This document shows, piece by piece, positions 27,481 through 40,856 of a DNA stretch of 64,000 nucleotides. The notes below the pieces were generated by a model. That model was given only the letters and a program-made list of their open reading frames with translations. It made no database searches and was not told the origin of the DNA. Position 1 is the stretch's first letter. Each line of letters begins with the position of its first letter. This DNA comes from Ginglymostoma cirratum. Its lineage: Eukaryota. The DNA lies in assembly GCA_024137785.1 (NCBI GenBank), contig JAHRHZ010000070.1:13026570-13090569 (forward strand), given 5' to 3'. A program made the position numbers and the translations under genes.

Positions 27481-28802
27481 GGAAGTGTCCATGATGATAT
27501 TGTTACCCAAATGGACTTTATGCTGTTTTGATGAGCTGAATCATTGGGACAGAAGGAAATAGAATGAATCAAACTCCTTCACTGGCATTCCTGTATCAAT
27601 TTGATGTCAGAGATTTTGAAGTTACTCTTATGCTTAACAAGTTTCTTTAACAAACTTAATAATTGCAGTTAACAATATTAAAAACATTGGCAATTTGTGT
27701 GGAAATAGACAGTGCTTTCTCTAGGTTTTCTCCTACTCAGGAAATCATTTCACTATTCCAAAATAAGGAGGAAGCTATAGGGAGCACTCAGAACAGAAAG
27801 TAATGGAACAGAATGATAACATAACTGCAAGAATTCATTACTTACAGATGAGAAAACATCAGTGTTATAAAGAGAGTCATGGCTGACAGTGAGACAGAAT
27901 AAATATCTCCACTTGAGAGGCCACTCAGTGATCACTCGTGATTTCACCACTCATGAGGATTCGTTGAGACGTGTCACTTCACATGGCCAGCCAGGATGAA
28001 ACAAACCCATTCAGGTATGCTAGGGGGCGAAAGCATGGAGCTAGTTTGACTGCAAATCCTGGTGCGTTGGGTACCTTACAACCCGGCACTATTGCTGTTT
28101 CTCTGTATCAGGCCTGCCTGTCAAACAGGCTCTGAAGCTGGTCTCTGTGAAGAAATCAAATCTCCAGCAGAGACTGCGCAGGTTAGCATGTATTTCAAAG
28201 CAGAACTGCCACATTATTGCAAATCACCATAGTGATTTTACAAACGAGAAGTGGCATTTATGTAATCAATGAATGCAGCATCATTTTGAGGACTGGCTGC
28301 GGATAGGCAACCAGGCATTTAAATGCAGAAATACCCACCTTTGTTTGTTGATCTGATTGCAATTAAATAGCAAATTTACGGTTCTAATTGTAGTTGTATG
28401 GTTGAAATATTTTAGGGGCTATCTAACTAGCTGAACCCTGTTAATATTTGAATGAATTATCCATAGCCAGTGCATGTTATTTCAGTGTCTCAAACTGAGA
28501 GCGGTCAACTTTGTTCAAAAGATATGAACCGGTTCCTACTGAAGCAGAATCTGATTTGTCATACTGCTAAGTTAGTCAAAATCTGCAAACAGTGGTTTGA
28601 TCAGAAGACAGTGGATCTTAATGAGGTTCAGGGCTGTTGATGGCAGTTTGTAAAATAACATGTCACTTTTGCTCTTACAAGATACTGAAAAGTGCAGCAT
28701 ATATGCATGTCAGATTCCACTAAATGAAATGTCAATTACAAGTGATTAGGGAGTCACGTCACCTTGCACCATCCAAGGTCACAACCCGCTTGTGATACCC
28801 AC

Positions 28803-28926
28803 CAGAATGACCTTCTCCATTTCTTTAGCTGGGCACCAGTGAAACATCCCAGTGGAATCATATTTCTTCACATTGGCGTCCATTTCCTCTATCTGCTCAT
28901 TTCCTGGAATTGACAAGGGGTCGTGC
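28803..28926 (-). CDS. KCNMA1: KCNMA1 constitutive exon (124 nt): [41 protein letters not shown]
   Basis: Minus strand reads tcttgtctgtgcag|GCACGACCCC...GTCATTCTG|gtgggt; within ORF 28779..28979. Confidence 0.97.
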
Positions 28927-31900
28927 CTGCACAGACAAGAGAACCAAGGCAAGAGTTGTCCGTCAGCCTGACACCTCACTCAATTTGCTTTGACCAGTTG
29001 ACAAGTTACTGCTGGCCAGGAACGTACTTGGTGAATGCGAGTCATTTCATTTACAAGCAATCCCATTACTGCAGTACTTACTCCAGCCACCACCCCACCC
29101 CCATCTTCCTTGCACTCCTTCCAAAAAATGATCAAAAGGCAGACATTAACTGCTGCAATGAGGTGAAATAGATAGAGACAGAGCCTCATGCTGGCTGAGT
29201 GGCAAGAAGATGAAAAGCCAATTACAGGCTTTTACCGCATACAACTTCCGATGCTGTTCTCTGTGCAATAAAAGCTTTAACAGGGTACACTTGATATATT
29301 TTAGCAATTTTACCCCCATCATATTTTGCTTTTTTGAAAACGGGAAGCCATTAAAGTTTCAGAGGATGTCAGCTCGGAGCAGATTGATTAATTTACATCT
29401 ACATTGCGAGCAGATGATTTTTCTTCTGAAGAACACTGAGTATAAAAGTGGTCTTCAGCAGCTGCCACCTGGCCATCAATGCCTGCACTTCTAACATTTC
29501 ACTGCATTCTGCACATCCATCATTTGCCACCACCTGTCATCCCAAGTCTCTATCTTGAATAGTCAGCAATAGAGCTTTAAAAACCCCTTTTCATCCTGAC
29601 CTAGCTGAAACTCTATCAGAATCCCCATTACTTCAAATTCCATCACTTACAGGGTAATTACACCTGTGACAAACCTTTATTTCAACCTGCATAAGTTGCA
29701 CTTAAGAAATGTTTCCAGAATTTTCAATGCACACAGAAACCCTGTTGCGATACTAGAAAATCTGTAAATAAATTCTGAGAAATAAATCATTATTTTTGGG
29801 AACAACTAAATTTTGTAAATATCAAAACTCCAGTGCAATGATCAGTAAATGATGGAATACATATTTAGCTGTGTTAATTCGGCCTCTTAAAAAAAATCAA
29901 GATTTCAACAGATGCAAACAGGACTGGCTGTTTAACCCTTTCACCCGGAAAGTCTCACATTGTGAGTCCTCTCCCGACCCTGAAATTGTTGCATATAATG
30001 TACTTTTTGAACTGCAGGCCCCCTCACGTAGTACCATGTTCAGTGCTCATAGCTCCCTTATGTAATGTGATGCTTCATGTAACCCAGTCTGAGGTGAGCA
30101 CTGCAGACATTTGAGAACATTTAATACACAGAATTAATTAGACAGCAGGTGAAAGCACCTTTCCAGGGTCATGTGGTTGACAGTAACCTCAGAACTTCAA
30201 TGGCTTAAAAACTGGAGAGAAGAGTGAAGTTACTCTACAAGGATTTATATTAACTTTCTTTGAATGCATTTAGGCAGCCTTTTACTAATTCTGTTCTTTC
30301 TATATTTAATTTTTGTATTTTTTCAGTCTATTTTTATTAGTGCAGCTTATTATAAATAGTCACCTACTGACAAATATGTCACTGGAAATGGTGTCCTGTA
30401 ACAAGCCAAGAATGTGTTATCAAGTTTGTGACTGGCAAAAGCCTGTTTGGAACATCACATCCAACCACACAGTTTAAGGACGAGTAAAAATCGTGGATAA
30501 TGTACTATGAGTGCACACTAACCAAGCCAACTCTCAAGCAACAGCCAGAAGCAAAACCACAATCCCATCCAGTAACGTTATGGGGATATATTTTCTGCAG
30601 ATCCGACAAAATATTGCTTCTTGCTTGGCACTTCAGTCATGTCTGCTCGAAACCTCACATGTTTATTTAATTTCCCCCTTCGTTTTCTGCGTTCCATACT
30701 CTCAGTCCTTCACAATCATCATGACAAAACATTTGTCTATTAAAATGTTCGTCGCTTAGATGCATGCAGTCAGTGCAGGTGCTAATAACTGCAAAACCAT
30801 TTAGCGATTTTACACCATGGCTGAATATTTCATGACGCTCTCTGTGTTTCATGATTTAGTCAATGGACCTCTGTCACTTCAATCTTTGCTGACTGTCTTG
30901 ACTGGCGCAATAAAGCTCCGCCAAGATAGCTATCTTTCACCAACTGTCACTCACTGCAGCCTGTCACTGGCAAACTCTTGTTGAATGCTGCTACTCACAG
31001 GGAATAACTACAACATTTGTTACATCGTAATGCTCTGTTCTGATGGATTTGAACAAATGCGTTGTGATTAATAGACCCTGCATTCAGTGACTACAATTAG
31101 AAGCAAGTATCCAATGACCCTCTGAAATCCAACAGAATGGTATTAATTTCATGTAAAGAATGTCAGACTGGCACTCGTTAGAACTTGTTATACTGAAGGC
31201 TCAAACAGTTTTGTGCTTGGTGTTCAAGCTGCGTTTAGCAATTCCAATGTGATGCTGACTAGACAGCACTAGCAGGGGATGACTATTCTTGCTCAGTCCC
31301 ACTCCACTAGGCAATGAAAGCAGAAAGCTCTTTGAAATTTCCCATTCCCATCATGCAAACTGACAAAGGCACGCTTTTCAAAACCCACATCCAAACTGTT
31401 GATCATTACTTATTTACAAAGGCCTTGAGGCATATGCGCCTGCAAAAACCATATATGATACATTACATACCAGCTTATTCACCCTTGTGCAATAAGCACC
31501 CCTTAGGCTGACTTAAATCAGTACTTAATATTGCCTATAAAATGTATCTTGTAATTCCAAAATATGTAATATTTAAGGTATAATATATCTACAGGAAAAG
31601 GATTTGTGAAGGGTTCGGTGACTCTGCTATCAGTAATTCTATGTTTTGCTGAGGGCTATGAGTTGAAAAAAGCCGCACCAAGCATAGACGACCTGTCATT
31701 TCACTACCCAAGGGCCACTAATATAAAGGAGTACCCTACAGCAGCAAAACTTCAGCACAGCTTTGAAGCATACAAGAACAGCAGAACTTGCTCTCTAGAA
31801 TTATTACTGCATACAGATCAAAAGGGCTGATGCATATTTTACATGGGAAACAGGGACCCTCTGCTCATCTGTAAAATGTTTAGAGTTTCTGTAAACCTGA

Positions 31901-32458
31901 AGCAATTCTTGTGTAATATTGTTTTATATGCTAAATGGATGAAGCTGTTTACATGTCTGACATTGTACGCACTTTAATCTCTGACACAGGAGCAGCACAG
32001 CACCCATCAACCCTCCTCCTACCTTACCCCACCAATTATTAGCTTTCGTTTCCTACTTCTAAGTCAAAATCAATTAATGCCACATTAATGTAAATGGACA
32101 AGATAAAAGGAATGCAAAAAATTTGGGTTCATTTTTCATTGCGATGCCACATTGCACATATGGCCAAAAGTACAGAAAACAGGACTCGAAGGGCTTTGCG
32201 CAAACGGTGAACAGCCTGAGGCAAAGTAACCGTATGAGTCCCTCTGATTGGTTACTGCTGTCATTAGTGCCATTGCTGTTTAAGAAGTACATGCGGACAG
32301 GTTGAGGTGACAGCTGAGACTTTAAAGGCTGCGTTTTCTCTAACAGCTTTTCCTACCCTCTTTCATGACAGAAATTTTTCAGCTCTATCATTAACTGCTG
32401 ACAGGCTGACAGAATAAATACTTCAGCCTTTAAGCATTTCTCTCTTGCTCGCTCACTC

Positions 32459-32478
32459 CCCTCTCTCTCTCTCTCTCT
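32459..32478. repeat. (CT)n microsatellite about 30 nt downstream of an exon donor
   Basis: Direct reading. Confidence 0.85.
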
Positions 32479-32509
32479 TTAGACACAAGAGTTCTTTAAA
32501 CTGTCTTAC

Positions 32510-32603
32510 CTCATCAGTTTGGGTGAACTGTTGGGTGAATTTCGCATACCTCCATTTCGCTGCTTTTTTTTGGGCGACAGGGCTGATGGGTTTTCATCTT
32601 GAA
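32510..32603 (-). CDS. KCNMA1: KCNMA1 constitutive exon (94 nt): (L)[30 protein letters not shown](R)
   Basis: Minus strand reads tttgcag|TTCAAGATGAAAAC...CTGATGAG|gtaaga; phase 1 in, phase 2 out. Confidence 0.96.
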
Positions 32604-34943
32604 CTGCAAACATATGGAAGATGGGAGATTAGGAGCCATTTTAAGTCTGATGTGAAATGCAAATGAAATATTTAAAAAATGTATATTAAACAGAAAGTGA
32701 CTCATTATGAAAGTTAAAGGTCCCCACTACAAGCAACTAACAAGACTCGAGAATAGAAGTGTAGCTTGGAAAAAGCATCAATCAGAATGAGTTTGAAACC
32801 CTATATATCAGAACTGGGGTTATGTATTATTCAGTATGATTCGGACTACGGAGCTGTAAGGACAGTAAAACAGATAATTAAAGGAAAATTGAAAAGAATA
32901 CACATACAAACAAAAAGAAAAAGAAAGTTGAGAGTGCAAACAGTCTAAACCCTGGGCAGTTAGGAATGCAAGGCATCACCCATCTCTCCAAAAACACAAG
33001 TAAACAACACAATGAATAGATTCAATATATGTAATGCGCTTAAGTAATTTATTAAAAAAATAAATCAAACCACTCGGGTTAAAGACGGTGTCATTCCACG
33101 AGTGCAGTTTTCACAAATGGGCTCCTGTGTTCAATCAGCGTGACCAAAGGAACTACAAATGTACCACTTGCAGGACTGGGCAAAGCATACAGAGTGAGAG
33201 AAAATACTGCAGGGTACGTTCCTCTGTCTTTGCCTTTCAAACAACGGCTGTTAAAAAAGGTAGACAAAGTTTAACTGAAGTATTTAATCCATTATGGAAG
33301 CACCATTAATTCTGTTAGTCCACTTAAACAGTCTGTGAATGCTGTGAAAATGTTAAAATCCACACAATAGTGTGCCTTTATACATCTTGCCTGTCATTCT
33401 GTTCTAGGGGTTTTAAAGGCATTTAGGCAAATAGCATATTTTCAATTGCTCTAACACCATTTGATACCTTATTTAAATATTCATTGAATCACTGGAATTC
33501 AATTGGAATCTTTAAAACAGGTATAGAGTTAAAGTGCTGTTGTGCTCTGAACGATATGCAATTTTAGTTTTGTTTGGGTAAGAACTAATGTTTTATGGAC
33601 AAATGAGGCTACGGTGTGCATTCAGTGATTCATGCACTATAACTAGGATTATTGACAGCCAATGGAAAGCAGCGACTAATGAGGAATCTTATAGAATGCA
33701 GGTCAGTAAACGGCAATTGGATCGAAGGTACGGGAAAAGAAATGAAAAGGTAGGGCAAGGAGAGAAGGTCATTTCCAATGATTAGAGTTACAGAGCACAG
33801 GAAATAAGGTGTTGTGGGAAACTGCAGCTAATATTACAGTTTTGGGGCTCCCCGTTTACAACATACCATTAACCCTATCAGTCTGTGCAGGATCATTGCA
33901 CACTATACAGCGGGAGCACAGATAAAAATCCATGGTAGTACTACTCCCTTGGCCAATGACAGCAGCAGCAACAAAAGAGCATAATTCTCTCTAAAGTGCA
34001 CATTGGAATAAATTGAGATACTGCAAATGGTAATATTTTTGACACAATAAAAAAAGGCTTCCAGAATCTGTGGGGATCTCAATTTCATCGCGGCTGTCAG
34101 ACTATGACGAACAGATCAACCAACATTCGACAACAATGTCTAGAACACAATTAGCAAGAGATTCGATTCTAATATAATACGCTTCGTAAGAATAAATCCT
34201 TGCCAAGTGTTCTGGAGGGCTCAGCAGTGACGACAGTGTTAGTTGGAAAGAAAATAATTCATGGGCTGTTAAATCAGGTTGGACTGAGATACTGGCTGGC
34301 TTGAAACGTTAAAGAGCAGCGTTTTGGCTCAGGAATTTTCAAACATTTTCTGGAACATGTTTAGTCAAACTTCAAACTGTTATTACTGGCAAGTGATAAG
34401 ATGACACAGTCCCCCAGATAGTGATCCACAAAACCTGGAAAAGCATATTCTTTACTTTTAACGCTGTAGTATATTATTATGAAATCACATGGTATTTTCA
34501 TTCCTCATTTGCAATGTAATTTTATTACTTGTTTGAACATTCATTTCTTTAACATTAAATCAGCACAGGCAGGTGGATTCTGAAAATAAGATAGGCTTCA
34601 TCTATTGGTGTTAACCTATAAACAGTGATAGATAGTGGATGTGTACCAATATGGAACAGTTACTGGGTCTCCACTGTAAAGTGTATCGCTGTGGATGATT
34701 CTGCATGAGATATTGGAAAAAAAGACACTGAAGAAGAATTTAGGAAGTACATCCAAAGAGCCATCTGCCAGATTTGTGAATACTATTCTGATTGTGACTC
34801 AAAAGGTTTTTGCTCCTTTCTAACTTAAGTAACTTCAACGTATTGTACTTGTTCTGTCCAAATCTCAGTCTACCAACACATCAAAACACAGCCAGTTTTA
34901 AGCTCTTGAACGCTGGATATGGCTGTTTTTATTAGGAGTTCTT

Positions 34944-34962
34944 TGTGTGTGTGTGTGTGTGT
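34944..34962. repeat. (TG)n microsatellite, (CA)n in the pre-mRNA, about 125 nt downstream of the candidate 45-nt exon
   Basis: Direct reading. Confidence 0.85.
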
Positions 34963-35086
34963 CTACTCTTGCATTTGAAAGTTAATTGTATTTATTTGGG
35001 TTCGCTTAAAGGCTGCTATGAAATGGAGACTCAATTCAGATCAGACAATAAAAGGATCACTTCTGGGTGGACCACACTCCTGTCAC

Positions 35087-35131
35087 CACTTGGCAGATTT
35101 TCTGTCTGTGTGTGTGTGTTTCTTTTAAGTA
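35087..35131 (-). CDS. KCNMA1: Candidate KCNMA1 45-nt alternative exon: (L)LKRNTHTQTENLPS(V)QDENPS
   Basis: Very strong pyrimidine tract (long T-run, then ctcctttttcaaacag|TA CTT AAA AGA...), ending CCA AGT G|gtgaca. It is phase-1 symmetric and stop-free, with UGCAUG at 35177-35182 upstream. The donor is only moderate. Confidence 0.6.
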
Positions 35132-36884
35132 CTGTTTGAAAAAGGAGAAAAAAAAAGGCGCCCCAAACTACGCTGTCATGCACAGCTGTCAACACTGGCT
35201 GCGGAATGTGACCAAGGGCACCTATGGAGGTCACTGAAAGCAGAGTGGATGGACCGGTATCTGTATTTCATGAGCAGGCTTAGTGCCCCGAGTAACTTAC
35301 ACTGGACAACACTTCCCTGTTCCCTTATTTTCAGCAGACATAGACGTCTGAGTGAAGGGTCGCTGAGCAAGTAAAGGCCCCCTTTGTGGCGTTTAACAAG
35401 CAGCAATGGATTCAGCCTCTTATGTAACAGGTGCAAGATTCAGCAATACCATGTGATCTGCATGACTGTGGGCTTTAAATGACTGTAATAAAACGGCTTT
35501 AAGCTTCATCCTTTACTGATAAGAATGAAAGAGATGACAAATTAAAACAAATTGCAACCAAGCATCTGCATTGTCAGAAGTTATTTTTGGTAGCATTTTA
35601 CAACTTCTTTTCCCCTGTCCTATGAAAAAAAATTACACAAAATTCTCTGGCAAGTCTAGGCTGACTACTGGAGCCAATAGGAATGCAGATTGTATCATCT
35701 CCAATGAGGGAACAGTCAAACCAGCTGTACAGTGTGCCTGTGCTTGTAGTTCATCATCTGGCATGCTGGTAAATCAGTCAGAAGCAATCTGCATGAGTAC
35801 AAATTGCATAGGTAACAACACAGTTGCTACCTTATGACTACGCTGTAGGATTTTAGCGCTTACAACTGAGTTGATGGCAACCTACAATCTGCTCCTTGGG
35901 CAATCTTTAACAACGCGAACCATATGATGTATTCTAAGAACTTGAAGGGTGTCAAACCAGATACTAACCAGAGGGCAAATTTTCCCGATTATGTGAAGAT
36001 TTAATTTGCTGTTAAATGATAAATCAAATCATGCTTACAGGGAAGTCCATTTGATTTAGTCCCTTCCCACTTCCCCTACTCCCCTTTCACTTTTGATGGG
36101 TTGCTTTGTCCATAACGGGCTCTGCTTGTAAATACCTAATCCGCTACATGGGTGATCACTGGCAGTGGTTAGTATTTTGAAAAAAAAGCAAAGAAAAAAC
36201 CTTATGGGGTGATTTGTTGGTGGTAAAGTCACTCAGATGTGTGTGATAACACTTCAGGGCAGGAGAAAGAGAAAAGAGGAAATCAATGAATTTCCTCCTT
36301 CTCTCACTACTTTGATATTCTTGTATTTTCTGCAAATTTTTCACTTTCCCCAACCCAAAAGGATGAGTTCTTCATGGGTCTTACGAATGGTGATCTGGAT
36401 CCATATACTAAGGGACATCACCAAGTAGCTGGAAATTTCAGGACTTGCAAGCCACTTTTTCCTGTAAACCTGCTATATGTTTAGAAATTGTTTGGCCTCC
36501 ATTCACCACTGGTAACACAGCACAGCTAAAGTAGCAAATACAGTATTTGTGCAAGGCCAAGATCCTGCCCCATTTCCATCAATTCTGTGCTACAGCGACT
36601 GAAGCCTAAAATGTGTTGTTGCTACCAGGAAATCCGACTCCTCTCCTTCATTATTCACCAATGCAAACGTTTCTCTTGTTAACTTCAACTCCCATTACTG
36701 CATTCTCAAAACTAAAGAGCTAACATTATTGTTACCTGCAAAATGGGCAACTAAGCAGCATCAAGATTTCACATTGAAAATGAATCTAACTATAATGTCT
36801 CTAGGTTGCAAAATATTGTCCTCTGGATTGCTAGTTAGAGTTACATTTAGTAACAGCATGCTGTCAATAGTGGATCCCCATCGT

Positions 36885-37215
36885 AGACCATAAGATATAG
36901 GAGCAGAATTGGGCCATTCAGCCCATCAACTTGACTTTACCATTCGATCATGGATGATATGTTTCTCAATGCCATTCTCCTGCCGTCTCCTTGTAACCCT
37001 CTCCGCCTTAGTATCTATTTCTGGCTAAATACACTCAAAGACTTGGCCTCCCAAGCCTACTGCAGCAATGAGTTCCACACATTCACCACCCTCTAAGTGA
37101 AGAAATTTCTCCTCATTTCAGTTCTAAAGGGTCGTCTTTTCACTCTGAGGCTGTGCCCTAGTCTCTCCTACTGTTGGAAACATCTCCATGTCCACTCTAT
37201 TCAATCCTCTTAGTA
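36885..37215 (-). mobile_element. CR1 LINE 3' end
   Basis: accataagatataggagcagaattgggccattcagcccatc ... attcaccaccctctaagtgaagaaatttctcctcat is the reverse complement of a CR1 3' end. Confidence 0.85.
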
Positions 37216-40200
37216 TATCTTGACAATACTAAACAGTACTGAGTCACATGCTGCTGTCTACACTTTCACTCATCACGACAATGTCATATACTCGTCACTA
37301 CAAACTCAATTTCTGTAAGACAGCAATGGAATGTAACGATCATAGTGGGAGAAACCCTACTGAAACTTCGACTGGCTTCCTGCTCTCCTTTAATACTTGG
37401 CACCATTGCATATGGATCTAACTTGCAAGCTGAGATTTCAGTCACAAAGCACTTTCTAAAGTCTCTAACTCCACTCCATCCCATCTCTCATTACACACAA
37501 AAGGCTGATGGCATTGAAAATACTAAACAAAAGTACCATTTGGAAAGAAAATGGTTCATCCATCAAACAATTTTAGCTAAAATTAATAAATGATGAACAA
37601 CAATAATAGTACAAGTGATGCCAACATTCTTTGCCAACATTCTCTGGCAGGATAATAACAGGGCCTGAGTGGAAATAATGTGAGATTCATCCATGCTTCA
37701 TTAGTGTGCGCAGTAATTGTAATGAATAGTGCCATGTGAACAATAGCAAATTATTTGGGTGAATGTAATACTTGGAGAAATGCTTGCGAGATTGACAATA
37801 ATACAAACAACTATTTATAGCAAGTATGTTTTGCCATAGTTAATCATGCGCAATCCTTGTGAATGACTTGCTGAAATTATACTGCAATATTTATCATTTC
37901 CCAATGACTTTGCAATTTTACTTCATAAAATGTTGGGTCCTCAGGAAACTCAGTATAGGAAACTCTGATCAAACGGATCTGAGTCCAGTTGTGTATCAAG
38001 CATACGAACCCGAGGAAGTGTAATATTTCCATGTCTCATGTTACTAAATAATTGGACAGGGTTAATTCATTTCATCGAGCCATTATTATAAATTTTATTC
38101 AACTGATTATCAGGCATCAAAAATGATAGGATCACATTGTGCTCACTTCGCTTTTAGTATAAGCCAATGGCATTTTTGAAATTATTGCTCTTCCACATTA
38201 ACGAGGGCAGTTCCTGAAATCTTTGGACAACAGCAGCAAAATACCCAAACTAGCTTAGAGCAATCCATGGAGCTTGATTCTAACGTCAGCTGCTGCTTAG
38301 ATTTAAACCCCCGCACCGATAACTCCTGGATTCATCTGCATGTTGTCAAACATATACAGCATTAGTTTGAGAATTCGCAGGGTGGCAGCTTCACTGAGGA
38401 TCCAGAATGATCCAGACGGCTGCTGTCTATTTACGCACGGTGAAGCAAATGACGAGCTTGCCATGCATTTTTTCTCAGCTATGCAATGACTGGTTAGCAA
38501 TTCAAAAGATAACATATAGAAAAATATTCATATTTTCATCAGCAACAATGTGTCTTCAACCTCGTTATTTGTATTTCCCATTTTGCCCGAATTTGGAATT
38601 TGAAGGTCTTTGTCACATCACTGGTAAAGGAAAACATGTGAAACATTGCTAGAGAGTGTCTCTCTGAATATGGTCAGCTACCATCAGTCATGTGTTGGGC
38701 TATGTAGAATTTGCAGATGGACAGCTACATTTGTACATTTGTGATATCTATAAAAGCAGAACAGGCCACACCCTGGTGTCCCATTCAAATCAGCCCACTA
38801 TCTTTCAGTTACATTTCTCTTGTCAAATTTAGAGGGCTAGAAATTTTAACATAGAGGGCCCTCAGGAAGGTATTAGTGGGATGCATTGAAACCTTTAATA
38901 ATCTATTTAGGATCAAATGACATAGAACTTTTTGTAGTCACTTGTGGAGAATCAGTAGGAGGTAAGGAAATAAATACCCTATTTACTCTAATGCCAAAGA
39001 ATGTGTGTATTTGTGCACGCGCGTATAATATATAAATGCAGGGTTTTCTGATACCTTATTCTTTAAGTAGTAGCACCACCTGCTGTTTATTATATTCATT
39101 TAATAGTCTGCATTGCCTGCCACACTCACCATCTATTGCGTTAATTTAGTTTTAAATGAAAGAAAAACAACCACAATGTATGGCGGTCATACTTGCATTT
39201 GACACACCGAGGCAGTGCACAACATTATTACTAAGGTAAACAATTCCACTAAATCAGTTACAATTTAAAAGCTTACTTCCATTCTAAGAAGTAGAACTAA
39301 TGGATTACTTTTAACAACTAATGGGTAAAATACTCAACTATTTAATAATAGTTTTCTCACAAGGATCATTTCTTCAGTACATAGCTAATGCCCATCCCTG
39401 CAACATAGACATGACATCTGAATGAAACTTTCCAAATGATAGATAGCATATATTAAAGACAATATCTATATTTGAATCTGCTAAGTGGTATTCAATAGTG
39501 CTACAATCTGTGTCACTGCACTTTTTAATTCGACCACCACATTGTTGTTCCCACACTATACTACGGAACAGCAAGAAACCACACTTAGCTTTTAATGTAG
39601 CAATAGAAAGGCATGTGCAATTAAAACAAAAAGTAGACAGGAGTGCATAAAGACTGCAATCCAAACTTGGGTTCAGATATTGTTCACCAAAACATCTGAA
39701 TGCTGTCCTCCTTGTGGTTTTAATGACACCATTAAAAGCTTTTGCCTCATCTGCAGGATTGTGGCTTTCTCCCAGGAACCTGCGTAACTGTCTGGATTCC
39801 ATTCCAGCTTCACTCAAAGATGATTTTTAGAACCTTTAAGATTATGCTTCTTGTGTAATATGTTCAGAGAATGAGCAGACTGGAAATCAGGATGGAGTAG
39901 GGGATGTGACAGAGGATGGCTCAGCAGGCAATTCAAATACGTCCAGCAATTATTTTTGATCAATGGGCAGGACAGCACTTGAAGACTTGCCACAAGCAGC
40001 AGCTCGAAAGAGCCAGAGCTTTGCTGACGGTGCTGGCATCTGCACATGAAGATTCTGCAAAATGGAGCTGCTGATATAGATACTCTTCCTCCCAATATTT
40101 CACTTACAGCTTCCCCCCCTCCCCCAACCTCTCTAATGTCTCATTACAATATTCAGGAAGTAGTCGAATTGTAATAACCAAGTAGGTGCTGGGTCTGATC

Positions 40201-40856
40201 CCCTGTCTGTGCCGCATTAACTGACTGCAGATCAACACAGCCTCTCTATTTTAGAGAGGCACCAATTTGGTTTCAGTCATTCAGTCATCCCTATTAGGGG
40301 ATCATGTGTTTAAATGTTGAGCTGAAAACCTTTCTGTGATTGTTTCCCACTTGCATGTTCACACTCCCTGTCAAGATTCGCACATAAATAATAAACACTA
40401 AAACACAATACCAGAAGGTGACCAGCACCTGGGTAACCATGCAGTGTTAGGAATCAACACCTTAAAGAAATGAAGAGACAAAAACAATCTAATTTAAAAG
40501 CCAATGCTTCAGCTAAAGTGCCCAGATATTTGACCTTATTTGTGTTGACTCAGGCACAAGCCAGTGATATATATGAAAAGGCTTAAGATCCCAACGATCA
40601 ATATCAGCCATTTCAACTGAGCAAATCTTGATTATGGCTAGTTCTGATATCACTGAAGTCTAATTTATGAAGGGGTTGCAAAAAGAGCCAACTAAATAGG
40701 TAATCACTGCACTCCAAATAGAGGAATAAATCTAAAGAAATGGAAACAAGCCATAGAAGGGAAAAGCAAGTGGGTTAAGAGGAGAATACTGGGGGTAAAA
40801 ATCAAACACGCAAAAGATAAAGGGATAAACTAATTACTGACAAACCAATGACTTAC

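Noticed and set aside
35295-35385. Donor CAGT|gtaagt with an open frame GLYLLSDPSLRRLCLLKIREQGSVVQ
   Set aside because: The only in-phase acceptor (cgccacaaag) lacks a pyrimidine tract, and the peptide does not resemble mammalian e22.
39374-40095. Adjacent 147-aa and 93-aa minus-strand ORFs
   Set aside because: No domain similarity, no compatible splice sites and non-ATG starts; consistent with chance ORFs or a very old TE remnant.
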